In this document: positions 42,361 through 56,602 of the stretch, piece after piece | Position numbering within the stretch: position 1 is the stretch's first letter | How the letters are laid out: every line of letters begins with the position of its first letter | Source: Klebsormidium nitens | Lineage: Eukaryota; Plantae; Klebsormidiophyceae | Length of the DNA stretch: 64,000 nt | Assembly: GCA_000708835.1 (NCBI GenBank) | Contig: DF237273.1 | Location: 1-64,000 of the forward strand | Reading direction: 5' to 3' | Notes under the pieces: model-generated | Told to the model about the DNA's origin: nothing | Database searches by the model: none | The model's input: only the letters and a program-made list of their open reading frames with translations | Translations under genes and position numbers: made by a program

Positions 42361-45300
42361 CTAAGACTCTTTCTTTTCAAGCGTCCTTTCAAGCTGAGTT
42401 CGACTTGTAAACACTTTCTTGTTTAGATACAAAACCAGAAGAACGAAGTGTACGAAACCATAGGAAGTCATTGCTGCGGCTTTCAGGTAAGGGTACTGTG
42501 CTGGCGGCTCAAGAAATAGAGCTCCTAAATGTATCACCACAACTCCGATCAGAGACGCCGGGAACGCAAGTCGAAACCACACGCAAGAATCCCCAAGCCC
42601 TGACGGCGGTGGATTTGCTATCAGGAGGTACAGGACTTGCGAGGCAACGTACGTGAGCGCCTGGCCGTCTCTCACAAGAAGGGGGAACATGCTGAAAGCT
42701 GCAATTGGTGCTAACCACTGTACCACCCAAGGGCTGTCCAACGCGAGCATTGTTGCGGGCAGTAGCGGCAGTAGAATCGACTTCTCGTGCACTGCAAAGA
42801 TCAAAGGATTATCACATAAGCCAAAACTTCGCAGATTTTTAGGCAAAATTTCTCGACGACCAGCGAGCAATATGAGCGCAGCAACTCAGCTCTGTCAGTG
42901 TTCTGTTAAGATGCAGTGATGACAACCAATCAGGTACTTATTCCGCTGACCAGAGAGACCAAGTTCCCAAGTTGCGATGACGGAAGGCTCAGCTCGAACG
43001 AGCAGGACAAGACATCCGAAAGCAGTCAACAGCTCAACAAGTGCATCTTCGCACCAACCCCTATGACCTCGAGACGCCCCACCCAAGGCCGATGAAATTC
43101 TACAGCAATGTTCTGTCCCACCCAAGGCAGAAAGCAAGGAGCCTGCTATACACAACACTTCGTCCCCTCACCCTGGAAGGAAAAGAGGAAGAAGGCCAGG
43201 CCCGAGATAAGCATTCCCCGAATGAGGCCCTGCTTGGACGGCCGTCGGATCTCGTTCCACATGAACGGCAGGCATGCCGTGACAGTCGTCGCTCCCGCCA
43301 GGCGCGCCGCAGCCTCGACGCTAAGGCGCTTCTTCCACTTGAAGGCGCGCACCGGCAGCATCGAGGTGGTGCACCAGAAGTTGGCCACGTGGTCCTCCCA
43401 CAGGCCGCGTTTGAGAGGCGCTAGGCGGCTAAAGACCTGCGACAATCAGTTGTCGGCAAATTGTGATTAGATGATTGGCATTTAGTCACAAAGGTCTTGA
43501 CAAAAGACGGTTTACGCAAGACTTCAGAGAGGTCAGAGTTTAGGTACGCTCAGCCACTCCCTCAGCCGAGCAGTCCTTGAAAAGCTGCGCTTGGTCTCTA
43601 CTGCGAGGGATTGACAATCGGTTCAACGGAGAGCGGCATCTACTTCGGGGGGATTGCTTTTCACACCGTCCTTCCAATCAAAGCCGGGGGTCCCCCGTGA
43701 CAACGTTCGCCTTCTCAACGCCGCAAACCCCATCCGTTTATACTCATTGTCCAGCTCACGGAATACGGAATTCTTCTCAACACGTAAAGTGGCCGCTCTT
43801 CAAACGAGCTTGCCCGTTACAAATCAGGGCAGAACGACTGCAACGACTCTGCAGCGAACCCCGTCCGGTAGTGACAAGAACATGGTTCAACCTCGCTTGT
43901 TAAATGCAATTGAGAGATAACGAAGCATATCGGGCTGTCTGACCTGGAGAACCGCTTCCGCAGAACTGAGGTACGGCGCCCAGAGCACAGCGAAGGTGGC
44001 GATGACAATGACGCCCAGCTTGATGACGTGCAGCAGGGGCCGCCGTTTCTGGAAGGAGCGGCCCAGGAGGTGGGCGAAGAAAGCGGGGGCCAGGTACATG
44101 CTCATCTGCGGAGGGGAGGGGCGAGTGGTTGGCAGCAAAGAGAAGAGCGAACGGTACAAGTGTCGGGGGTTGGGATCGACGATGTATCATGATTTGATAG
44201 ATACTACGGGCTCGTTGTCGAGGATTGATGAGAGGAGGTTACATTGGGGAACCCTGAAGACGATGAGCTGAACTTTGCCTTCGACAAAATCAGTGGAGTA
44301 GAAGCATGTGCTATTGAAAAGTTCACTCGAAAGGCAAGCCTGTGAGTGCCAGCGAGAGACTGATACTCGATCGGAAGTATCACTGTATGCAGAAGAGGCG
44401 GCCCTCGTGATTCCAACATGCTCACGAAAATGCTCAGTATCAGAGATGGGAGATGCTTATTCTACGGACGTTTTTTTGTCACGTTTTTACGAGAAGGGGC
44501 GAACGCGCTCGGAAGGTTCGGGGTTTACCTGCTTGTGGTTGAGAGACAGGCAGAAGAGCACGCTCCCCACCACCTCGTACTCCTGGATGATGGCAGCTGC
44601 GGCTGCGAGAGCAAACCCGAGGCTGATGCAATTGTACTGCAGCACAAGCAAGAGCTGTGATGTGAGGCGCGGTCTACGAAGCAATGACCGTTCAAAGTCC
44701 TGATCCCAAAGGTTTGAAAGTAGCTTCGAAGGTGAAGTTGAGTCAAACTGTGAACTCGCAAAGATTGGGGTCCGAAACGCACTTCCATGCACATGGGTTG
44801 AAGCTCAGCTACAGTCAATGGTAAACCGCTCTGTGGCGGCCTAATGATTCTTCTCAGGCCTCGCTCTTTATCTTGCCCGACCGGATGTTGATGATCGTGA
44901 AACGATCTTCGATTATAACCCATCACGAGTTCAGAGTAGAAGGGGGCAGGAACGAATTCTCCAAGTGGTTCGAGGTCAAGCATATTCATGCCACCACTCC
45001 TTGACAACATGGTCAATCACAGCGGTCCAAAACTCACGAGGTGATCTGCCTGATTATACACACTGGGGGCTACAGTAGTGCTCGACGGCACACTCGGTCA
45101 CTTTCAGTGGATCTTGATCAAACAACTGTGGCAGTCAAAGAACGAAGACGATGAAAGTCACAGCAAGTGACTATCATCACGAGCTTCCTTGGAAAGGAAG
45201 CAGGGCAGCAAGATAGTTCGAGGGAATCTTTCACCTGGAAGTGTCCATGGTCCACCAGCAGGCTGGCAGGCTGCAGCAGCAAGATGGATAGCGCCCAGGC

Positions 45301-46359
45301 CTGCTCCGTCCCGCTTCGTCCACCATAGTATGCCCGCACAAACCACCAGGCCGCCGGGAAGAAGACGAGGACGTCCGACAGGAGTACCGTCCACCGCATG
45401 AGCAATTTGCTGTGGTATTGACAGAGAAGGTGAGTCGGTCATTGATTCACAACTGGGTACGATTCCTCTTGCATCAGGCAGACACGGTGATTTTGATGAT
45501 GGGTCCGCTCAAGAGTGGAGGTGGTTGCAACCTACAGACTGGCCCAGATAGGGTGGTAAGAAAGATTTCTCAATTAAGTCACTATCACCAAAGCGCAATC
45601 GTCAACTTGCAGACTTCCATATCAGCCCTGACGACCATGGACTATTGACTTTGTAAGAGAACAGTCTGATTGTACACTGCCCCGCGTCAATTCAAGCTTG
45701 GTCTCGGCGCCCACCTGCTTGGCGTCTCATAACCCCTAGAGGACTCCAGTCCCACCGCCTCAGGTTCGAATGCTGACACAAACAGGCCGTGCAGGTAGCT
45801 CTGGTAGGCTGTCAGGGGGGGGTAGTCCAGGCCCCAGTACGTGAGGTTGTTCTGGGGGGTCTCGCTGTACCACTCTCGCACGGGGGTGTGGAGGGTGATC
45901 TCCATCCAGTGGCGCTGAGCCTCATAGTCTCCAAAAGTGGGGGGGTTGCCAGCACCTTGCAAACGAGCAGGCTTCAGAACTCGGCATCTTCTGAACGAGT
46001 CAAAGAATCTGAAATGTACCATGACTTTGACAGCAAGGGCAAACCAGTTTGGGCAACTTCCCTCACGTTGCCCCCTTGTCTCCAACCAGCACGCTTGTCT
46101 TCGGTTCTAGAAGAACTTGAGAATGTAGCCTGACGTTCAGGAAAGTGGTGGTGGTCACCTCTCATCACGGTCTTCTGCTGTCGGGTACATGAACAAAGAC
46201 AACCTGGACATCACCACCTTCTTTATGCTGAACTGGGGGGAGTTTCTCACCACTGTATGACGAAAGGCCCACCAGTAGGCGCACCAGGATGGCCAGGAGG
46301 AAAACGAACTCCACTGCCACATTCTGACGGGCGAGAGAGCCAAGAAATCTTGCAAACAT
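42361..46359 (-). CDS. ALG6: Dolichyl-PP-Man9GlcNAc2 alpha-1,3-glucosyltransferase, multi-exon
   Basis: FGDYEAQRHWMEIT, YWGLDYPPLTAY, LVDHGHFQ|YNCISLG, LNHKQ|MSMYLAPAFF, AVHEKSILLPLLP. Confidence 0.93.
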
Positions 46360-47236
46360 ATTGAAGCCCAGATACAATGCAAGGCAGGGCGATCAATCCC
46401 TCAGATTGCAGATTGCATGCCAAGGATGCATCCGACCACCACCTAATAATCAGAGGTTCAACTATATCAGGGATGCGGCGCAACTCCGCAACATGGTGAA
46501 GACTTTGTCTCTTTTGCTTTTGCGAAAAAGACAGCCACAGCACCACGAAGGTAGCTCAAATTGAAAAGGAGGAGGAACACGATTCAAGAAGGCTTCAAAT
46601 GATGTTTGAAATTGACCCTCCACCAACACGATTCCGTCGACAGATATTGCTCCAGCGCACACGCAAATTGAACATTATTCTCGAAATTTGAAACTTATTA
46701 ATGACACTGGCGTTTCAATATAATACCGCAAGTTGCTATTTGAGATATACAGCGTTAAATTTCTTAAGTCTAAGAGAGATCTATTCCCAGTGTCGGCCAT
46801 GGCTCTTATACGCGGATTTAAGGAGCTATATAAAATATATACAGTAGTTACTAGTTACCATGGTTTCTAGCGGGCAGATCAATGCACGACGTACAGCATA
46901 GGGTGATTCGTGGAGCAGGTCGCTGGGAATTGGAGCCCTTGCCAGGGCCGTTAAGCATGGGGACGAGCACCTAGCTGCAGCCCTTACATTGTTCTCTATC
47001 GTACCTGTTGCTGGTTGCTTGAAGTTCAAGGGATTGTGACAGCGATGAAGCGAGGGCGCACTTTTGGCCGGACGTTGTGCTGAGCACCCATTCTGAGGCA
47101 CCTTACGATCCCGCTGCGAGTTCACCAGATTAGCTACGATGGCCTTTTTTACTGTGTCCCATCAGAAAGGCCCGCCCTTTACTGGCAGCAAACCCGGTGG
47201 ATGATGAGCTCAAGTCGGCACGCATTGGCAGGAACA

Positions 47237-50200
47237 ATGCAGGGTTCTGATGTAGCTTTCATCCTAGAGTTCCTCCGTCAGCATGATCTCAAGGTGGCGG
47301 AAGAGGCCCTCCGCAACGAGTTGGCAGCAAAGGGCAACCTGCTGTCAGATCCACCTGTTGGCAAGGCCAGTGGGAAGGTTTCTGTTTCAGGGAACGGAAG
47401 CATCAGCCAGCTGGGACTAGCTCAGTTGGTGACAGGTCCTGCTGCTCCTAGTGTTGAAGATGCAATCCCTCAAGGCCTGGCTCCAGTGAGGATCCATTCG
47501 AGCCATGATCTCCTCAAGGCAGGAGAAGAGCCGGTGGAAGAAAAGGGGAAGCGGAAATCAGTCTCCGACCTATCCATGGTCCCCCCGCCCCTTCCTATCG
47601 CCGAGCCAGTCACTTCCCCTGCCATCTCACCCCCTACACATGAGAGTAGTTCGGGCTCAATTAAGCACCATAATGTGCCTGCAAAACACAAACCCCGGGG
47701 GACGGGACACAAGAACCAGAAGCAGCCAGGTGTGCATCCAATTCTGATCCTGCAGTACTTGTCTACCTCCCCAACAGTTTCAGTATTTGACTTCCTGAAT
47801 GCATTTGATTCGTCTGCGTGGATTGGCACGTTTCAGCACGAACAGAATTGTGCTGCTGCCATATATATCCTTATCTGCTTGAGATGCGAAGAAAGCCATG
47901 AGATGTACTTTTTTTCTCAGCACACAAGTTGCAGACAATCAACCAGTGGATGGTTGTATGTTCTACAGGTGGGATGCATCTTGTCGGCCTTGTGATGTCG
48001 AGCTTGACAGAAGCAGAGAAATTGGAGAATGCAAGTACCAACGTCAAACCACCTTGCAAGCTTGGTCTTTTTGAATTGCTACCATACCTGCTGATGCACG
48101 CTGTTGTGCAGGGGCGGCCGATGGGAAGGCCGCTGGCTTCAAGCCAACCTGGGCGCGGCGGGAGTCCACAGAGAAGGGGGAGCCTGCAGAGCCTACTTCC
48201 CTGCAGCAGGCACGGGAGATGCTGCTGGGATTGGCAATGGGCGGAGAGCAGGCGGTGAGAGCCACTAAGGGCTCTGTTGCAGTAGCACTGCTGCCTTGCA
48301 AGGCAATCTGTGTGATACCATAAAGAAACTTAATCTGCGCCAGCTTTTGCCAGGCTTAGGGAACGGTAGGGTTTCACTAGCTGGTGGTGTGGCGGGCATT
48401 TGAAAGCAACCAGGACGAGGTGGAGAAGACTTGCGGTGATAGCCTCACTTCAGCATAAATGCAGGACTTGTGAAGGCAGCTGCCCTAAAGTTGCCTATTG
48501 CGGGTGCGGCAATCAATTAAGCAGAGCTTGAGTTCAACTCGACTTATACTGGCTGAGCTTTCGGTGTCGGAAATGCTTATGTTGCATGTTCACGGGACTG
48601 AAGCGATATTATTGTGCGGACACTTCGAGTTTGCAAGTTGGAAATTTAGAAGCTTGATTGCTGTACAGCATTCTCCTGTACGATCGCCTGTGGTTGAATA
48701 GAGCAATAATATTTGGGGGTACATAGTGGTGGCGCGATGCCGTTGCAGTGTTGCTCCTTTTCTGGATTATTAGAGAAGGCAAAATCAGTGCATCAACATA
48801 CTTCAGTGTGGCTGCATTGATCCAATTTCTTTGACTATGTCAACGTGTCGCTGTTCACTTTTGCCAATCGACCATCAAAGAAGAACACTATGTGCTACAG
48901 CTCTTGCCTTTCCTCATCAGGTTGTCTGAATCTGCTTGCTCCTCACTTGTCCAAGACTATTCCTTTGTGCCCACTTCCTTAACACCTCTTGTCTTGTCCC
49001 CGCCAGTCTGGGACACGGCCGGCGGAGGAGGAGTGGGACAGCGACGAGTACGAAGACGAGGACGATGTTGGGTATCACCGGCAGGCCATAGAGGACGAGG
49101 AGGCCTTCCTGGCGAATGAGATTGAGACGCCCCCCGAAGAGGACGAGGGCCGGAGGACCAGCGCAGGCGGCGAAGGGGCGCACGAAAAGAAGGAGGGCAT
49201 TGGGGATGACCCGTCGTTTCAGGAGGAGGCGTACTTCTCAGGGGAGGAGTACTACAAGCTGGAGGGGAAGCCTCAGGAAGACGACGACGAGACGTCGTCC
49301 GAGGCGAGCGTTCGCGAACTGGAGCAGGCCCAGGCAAAGGCGCTGTCGCGGCAGAGCTCGGGGCTGGGGGATGAAAGCGCCGTGGTAGAAGTGGAGGACT
49401 TTGGGATTCTGACCGCTCCAGAGGGGGTGGTGGAAAGGCAGCGGCCGGGGGAGGGGGACGAGAAAGCGAGGAAGAAGGGCCTGGCGGACCTGCTGCAGAA
49501 GCTGACGGCAAAGCCTACGGAGAGGACGAGCAACGGCCGCCCCGCGGAAGAGATCCCGGGTAGCGAGAAGCTGACGGGAGTAGAAGCAGAGGCGGCCGAG
49601 GCTGCTGCAGTGCTCGCTCAGTATGAGAAGGCTGCTGAGGGCGCAAAGAGGGCCCCGGGCGCGCCGGAGGAGGGGCTCTCAGGGTTCTCCTTCCCCGAGC
49701 CCGCTTCCGTGGACATTGCGCCTCCGATAATACTCGAAACAGGGGGCAAGTCGGTGTGGTCGGTGGACAACTTGTCCCCTGCAAGGACCGACCCCGAGGC
49801 GAACAACGAGTCCCCGCCCCTGGCGATGCCCGACGCAGACGACATGCTCGCGGGGTTTCTGCGCAAGAGCAACGAGACGTCGCCGGTTGCGAGTCCGAAG
49901 GAGGAGGTGCGAAATGAGGAGGGGCAGGAGGACTTGGATGACGACAGGGGGGATAGCATGCGCGCGGAGGAGGGGGATGACGACATCGACGCGGCGCTGG
50001 AGGAGGGTGACGAGGACGCGGCGGTGCACGAGCAGCTGCAGCGGATGAAGGCGGAGGAGGAGGAGTTCGAGGTGTTTGACTTGCGAGTGATCCACCGCAA
50101 GAACAGGTGCGCAGGCGGACCGTTGGAAGGAACAGACCTGGTGCCTTCTTAGGAGGGAAGCCAAAGAGAGCTTCTGGGAGGAGATGCAGAGAAGATGTCT

Positions 50201-53157
50201 TTCCATTCTATGACAGGGAGGACATAGTACCCTTTTCTAAGTGGACCTTCGGGCCTACGTGTAAGATCGTGACGCTATTGTGTGGGGCGTCTGCATCTCC
50301 TTTTAGGTTTAGTCAAAGACTGTTGTCTGTCGAGTATGCCGAGTGGCAGTCGGCTATTGCGGTCCTTTGTAATGATTGTAATTCTGCTTAGCACTCACAC
50401 CTGTGAAAATTTTGTCATATGAAGAAGTGTCTGCAGTGAGAACAATTCCCACCTGTTCACACACGTCTGCTCAGATCGTGTTTGAAGATGCCCTCCCTCC
50501 CATGTGCAGGACCGGGTTCGAGGAGGAGAAGGACTTCCCGGTGCAGCTGAACGCGGTGGTCGCGGGGCGGTACCACGTGACGGAGTACCTGGGCAGCGCG
50601 GCGTTCAGCAAGGCGATCCAGGCGCACGACCTGCAGACGGGGATGGACGTGTGCATGAAGATCATCAAGAACAACAAGGACTTCTTCGACCAGAGCCTGG
50701 ACGAGATCAAGCTGCTCAAGTACATCAACAAGCACGACCCCGCCGACGAGCACCACATCCTGCGCCTCTACGACTACTTCTACCACCGGGTGAGCGCCGG
50801 GGCAGCGCACGTGACCGAGCTCGAGAGCAAGTGGTTTAGTTGACAGCCATAAGTGGGGTCGTACTGGGCATCCTTGTCAAACATGGTTGTGACAGGCTAC
50901 TGTTGGAAGCGTTGCATATGCAAACAGAATACTATCAAATCACCAGATGCCAAGTGAATTGGCGCTGTTTGCCCATGTCTGATCGAAATTGGGTCGAAAG
51001 CACGGAAAGCTACAAACCTGTTGACAGGTCAAGGAAACCCTTCACGTGCGGCTGACGGCACAGGAAGGTACGAAGTGAGTTGCACGGTCTTTGGCTGAAG
51101 TGAGTAAACAGGAGGGGTGGTTAACGTCCGCCTGCGCTGCTTTGCAGGAGCACCTGTTCATTGTCTGCGAGCTGCTGCGCGCTAACCTGTACGAGTTCCA
51201 CAAGTACAACCGGGAGTCTGGCGGGGAGGTCTACTTCACCATGGCACGGATACAGGTGCGGCCACTTACCACTGCGATCGGTTTGGGGTCTGTAAACTAT
51301 TGGAAGACACCTCCTTTTTGTCTAACGATTTGTAAGATCTTGGTCCGCCGTTTCTTGTCGTACCCCTCGTTGCCATCATGGATGATATAGACAGAGTTCT
51401 CTACTTTCCCGTGCTAGAGAGTGGTTGTTGCCTTCTCCAGGGAATAGTCATCCTTGGGCGTACTGTAGTGTCCACCCCCTGCAGCGGCTTCAGCACCAAC
51501 TATTAGGAAGGCGGTAGTTCGCTTCTCTTTGTGGACCAAGCAGTCTTACTTTCGCCCGTCAGCTTCCTTTACTGATAATCTCTCCCGCCCTCGTCAGCCG
51601 GAAGCCTACATAGACCCTCTTTCACGGCGAAGTTTTTGGTGTCTTCCCCCGAAGCCGAGTACCCTTTCCCTGTGACGCTGCTCCTGAACCGCCCCTCGCC
51701 CCTCTCTGCTCGCAGTGCATCACGGTCCAGATCCTGGAGGCGCTGCACTTCCTGCACGGGCTGGGCCTGCTGCACTGCGACCTGAAGCCGGAGAACATTT
51801 TGGTGAAGAGCTACTCGCGGTGCGAGATCAAGGTGATCGACCTCGGCAGCAGCTGCTTTGCGACGGACCACCTGTGCAGCTACGTGCAGTCGCGCAGCTA
51901 CCGCGCGCCGGAGGTCATCTTGGGCCTCCCGTACAGCCACAAGATCGACATCTGGTCGCTCGGCTGCATCCTGGCGGAGCTCTGCAGCGGCACGGTCAGC
52001 GCCGCAGCCCCGATACTCCTGCTCTAGTTCTCATATCGCTGGCCACATATGTCAAGAATTCACGGGTCAATTGATTGCTAGAAAGATGGCCAGAATGGAG
52101 GCTCGATGGATGACGGTGCCCCGAGTCTCTGGATGCTACGTGGCTCATTTCTGGGGTGGATGCTGTGGCCGTAGATATTAGGGTATCGCGTTTCGGTGTT
52201 GCTTTTTAGAGGGTGTCCAGGCAGGAGGAGCTCGGATGGTATGACGGTTTAGGCGGCAAGAAAGGTTCAGCGGTACCTGTTTGGTGTCCGTGAAATAAAC
52301 ACCAAACAACATTCTGGGGGCTATTGAGCAGAGTCGGAGCCCGCAATTGACGCATCCCACAAGTATATGGTGAACGACAAAGCAAAGAACCAGCAGTTTG
52401 TTTGAATCAGCGGACTTTGTCGATCGTAGCTCTGTAATCTGCTCTATGGGCCGCGCCTCAAAGTGCGTCCCCTCGTGCCTACAGGTTCTCTTCCAGAACG
52501 ATTCTTTGGCCACTCTGCTGGCTCGCGTTGTTGGCATCCTGGGCCCCATCGACCCGGCCATGCTGGCTCGAGGCAAGGACACCCACAAGTACTTTACCAA
52601 GGCCAACATGCTCTACGAAAGGAACCAGGTGCGCCGAACAAGAGGCCTACCTTTTAGAAAGACGTTTCGTATCGTCCTTGCTAAGCAGTTCTGTTATCGC
52701 CGAAGGTCCGGATGCAAAAGTTGTGTATTCAAACCAACCTTCGCTGACCTTTGCATTCTTCTATAAGGGTTTCAAAGGTGCTGAGAGCAGGGCAGGAGAG
52801 TATAATTGCAAAAATTGGTCGCCATTCCATTGCCATGCCATTGATCTGCTGCGTGATCTTGCTCTGTATTCCAGCCATTCCATTGTTCGATCTGCTGCGT
52901 AGTCTGTAGTCTTGTTCTGCACTCCAGCAACCGCAATTAACTGACAGGCCCTGTTTGCTTGGAACTCGCAGGAAACTGACCGACTCGAATACCTTATTCC
53001 AAAGAAAACGTCCCTCCGGCACCGCCTCCCCACTGGCGATGCTGGCTTCACCGAGTTCGTAAGCACGCTGCTAGAGACGAACCCCGAAAAGAGGCCTTCT
53101 GCTGAGGAAGCCCTCAGGCATCCTTGGTTAAAATTTCCTTACGAACCTTTCAACTGA
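47237..53157 (+). CDS. Plant-type DYRK-family Ser/Thr kinase (DYRKP-like) with N-terminal LisH-like helix, multi-exon
   Basis: RTGFEEEKDFP, YLGSAAFSKA, KIIKNNKDFFDQSLDEIKLL, HCDLKPENIL, YVQSRSYRAPEVILG, IDIWSLGC, FQNDSLATLLARV. Confidence 0.92.
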
Positions 53158-54448
53158 CAAGAAGGTATGACCAGGGCAAGAAAGGCTTAGAACGAAGTCA
53201 CACATTAAGCTCATGAATGAGTTGATCACAGCATAGTCGGCTCCAAAGAGTCGAAATAAGGAAGTGTTTGACAGGTTAGCATGGACGCCCAGTCCGGTAA
53301 CGAGAGCCAGCAAGGCATGAGTTTGTTGTGCGCCTGCCGTTTTGTACCATATAGTTGGTTCCTGGTCCTTAAATGTCCACCTTTTGAAACAATGACCGAT
53401 CAAATGATCCTACTAAGTTTCGTGATCTTGTAGACATTTTATGTGTCTCCGACATGGTCTGCATACTGGCCGCATTGCATGGTCCACGCCTGTATGCATA
53501 CGCGAAAAATAAAGAAGCTATATCCAGTGATTGTCGACATATATGTGTACACATGTTCTAATATCTTATTCAGGATATTGCCTGACACACATGTGGCCGC
53601 TATTTTGAGCTGACGGTGAAATGCAATCGCATTAACCTGGTCGACATTCTTGCTGTTGGACATGATGCTCCAAGTCTTCGAGAGCAAAGTACAGTCACAG
53701 GCTGGGGCCATGATCGATGCATTTGAATACGAAATTAATCTTTTGCAAGTAGGTTTGGGCATCGTGTCAAAACACCTGTGCAGTGGCGTCCGGACCTCCG
53801 GTTTTCCGAATTTTCTTGACGGGGCTGGTGGCCGGTTCTCGGAGCTCCCTGGCGAAGAGTCGAGGTGGCTGGTGGTCGGTGCCCGGCTGAGCATTTTCGA
53901 CAGCTTTTAAAACCCACAAAAATGTCGGAAAGTCTGCCTATAGATACTGCTCAACCTCGTGTACGTGTACCATACGGGTTGCCAGCTCCCTGCGAGAAGC
54001 CGCATGGGAGAGGCCACACCAACCGACCGGTCTGGAACGAAATGGTCAAACGGGAAGTTTTGTCCTCCATTGAAGGGTCCGGCTGCATATGTAATCGGGT
54101 TATTGCCTTATACGGCTCTGAGTCGCACACGAGCCCTTTGCAAGTAGACTGGTTCGAATTCTAAACCTGGAGTGATTGATTGCGCGCGCAGGCCCCACCC
54201 TCGTATATCTATCTAATCCCAATTTCTTCTGCGCCGCGGCTTGGGTACCCCTGGTGGCCGGTTTTGTCTGTATCTTTTTCTGCTCGCACCCCCCTGGTGG
54301 CCGGGTTTTTTTTCGGAGGTCCGGACGCCCTTGCAAAAGTGTTTTGACACGATGCCTTGCTCACATGATTGAGATCAGATTCTTAGTTTTCCTTCTTCAT
54401 GATCCGAGGCCAAGCGAAGTCAAGGTGCCCAAAATGAGGCAATCTATA

Positions 54449-54738
54449 CCGTAGTCCAACGTGATCATTCCGAATGAATTTTTCGAGTAATATTCTCCAA
54501 CAATCCGACCACGCATGCCGAATTATTTATGCGGATTCCGACCAGAATCCGAATGCCCTATGTTCACACTTGAAGAAGCATTTTAGGGCTGATCTGAGCA
54601 ATTTTCCGCCTTCCGATGACCAATTTTAATTTACGTAACCTTTCCGAATTTCCGGTTTCCGAACGGAAAATCTGAATTTCTGACTTTCCGAATGCAAATA
54701 ATTATTTATTTATTCGGATTCATTACCTTGGACTACGG
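54449..54738. mobile_element. Tc1/mariner-type MITE (290 bp, TA target-site duplication)
   Basis: TA|CCGTAGTCCAA..GT.AT ... AT.AC.TTGGACTACGG|TA terminal inverted repeats; interior rich in TTCCGAA/CCGAAT repeats. Confidence 0.85.
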
Positions 54739-55083
54739 TAGTTCATGGATGAAGCCGGTCGTTGTACATAACCAAAGTGCACTCGCCTGATGCACTAGTA
54801 TGAGCATTTGATCTTTTATGTGTGCCGTCCAAGTACTAAGCTGCGATACAACCACTCCATTTGCATACCAAGTGTGGAGCTGTTCGAGATCCCTGTATTT
54901 CATGCACTCCCAAGCACTACCACCCCGATGCACACTTCCTCTGCCAGTCAAAACCAGTTTCTGAAAAGCTTCTCGAAAAGTGGAACTGATGCACAGTTCT
55001 AGATTGCAAGCAAAATCTTTTGAGACTTTTACTTTCCAATTCATGCCAGGGAATTTGACAAGGAGATGAACTGCTTTAAGAAC

Positions 55084-55583
55084 CTATTGTTGCCCTGCAA
55101 TTTGACTTTTATACTGTGGAAAGCGAGCCAAGAAAGTGTCCTGCAAAGCAGACCCATAAACTGTCTTCCTCAACATTTCTGAAAGGTGAAATACCACCAG
55201 GTAAGTGGAAGACCTCAAACATACAATCGCTAACTTACAAACACAAACATCTTCTTGGCATTGCAAGTATCAACTCGTTCTCAAGCCTCGACAGTGATTG
55301 CGTGCTGAGGACTTACGCTGACGTAGCTGCATGATGGAATGACAGCCATGTTCCCCAACTTTGCAAACTCAAATGCCGCCTTGCTGAGTTCCGCTGCAGC
55401 TCCCTGGCCACGCCCTTCAGGTGGAACATATGTGTGATACAGATCTAGTGCCTTTTGTTGCCCATGCTGGATTACAGCATACTCGATGTATGCAAGGATT
55501 CCTGTGCCATTACTAACATCAAGAACAAACCTGTGCCGGTCAGGCTCATGTAGAACAGGAGTGGCATTCATCGGCGCTGTCAT
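55084..55583 (-). CDS. Small GNAT-fold acetyltransferase-like protein (YjdJ/NATD1/At1g77540 type), 2 exons
   Basis: HEPDRHRFVL...LAYIEY...LDLYHTYVPPEGRGQGAAAEL..AAFEFAK...VIPSCSYVS|DTFLARFPQY. Confidence 0.85.
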
Positions 55584-56602
55584 TATGTATACGTACCAAA
55601 GCACCAAAGCACCAAAGCACCAACGCATGAGCTTGCAGGACTGCAGATGCTCAAAAAGCACCCAACTCGTCACGCCATTGGCATTGCCTGCACATTCCTG
55701 CGACGGTCACCAGACTCACCACCTTAGGCTTCGGTCCCTGCAATGCCTGCATCAGTGCATGCCGCAGCTTGCCGCCTTCTTCCACATGAGTGAGTAAGGT
55801 ACAAAAAAATGGTACATGCCAGGTCAACGTGATCTTCCGAAAAGCAACCATGTCAAGAACCGGGTTGTTGATGAGTAGTGGAAGCTTGCCTTGCGCGCCC
55901 GGTGAAAGCTGAAAGGGCGACCAGCAGTACACATTGCGTACCAGCAAAGAGCCGCGGGCGGCGGGCATGAGTCTGCATATGACTCTCGAGTCTGAGTCTG
56001 CCGAGTTGACTGCGGCGAAACGCAGCTCTCTGAGTCTGGGTTGCACACGACTCGCAGAACAGGAATCAGGGATGGACTGCGAACTGGCAGGGAGGGGTCA
56101 CCATGAAGGCGCGGGGTCCCTGCAGGCGCACGGATATTTGTGCTGATTATATGCGCCTGTAGATCCAGGGGGATGCCAGAAAAGATGCAAAATTGGGCAG
56201 TCGGTAGTTCAGGAAGAAGCGTTTGCTGCCGTTCTCGACAAGTTGCATCATAAGAAGCATTTTTGGTTTGAACAAGCATTAAAGAGGATGCATAGATATT
56301 TTGACCCATCAGAGGACGTCCCTCTGTAGTTCACAGTGTGGGTAACGGATTGAAGGAAAGCGGGCAGACTGCCAAGGATGTTGGAGTGTTAGGCAGGTTC
56401 GGCAGCGTTCCCTGCAAGGGGTGTAGGCTCGCTGTTAAAGAGTCAGCCAAGAAGTCTGGGAAGGGGTACTGCTGACCATCCATGGGATTCTAGGAGCGAT
56501 TGTTCTACGACGGAGCGGCCTTGACAAGCAAGCAGACTGATTCAGCAAAGGTTGCTGGGTGTTCTGCAAGGAGGGGAAACGTGGGCAAGAACAAATCGAG
56601 GG

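Noticed and set aside
53439-54170. ORFs between the DYRK-type kinase and the MITE
   Set aside because: No recognisable motifs or consistent splice signals; possibly decayed TE sequence, but unsupported.
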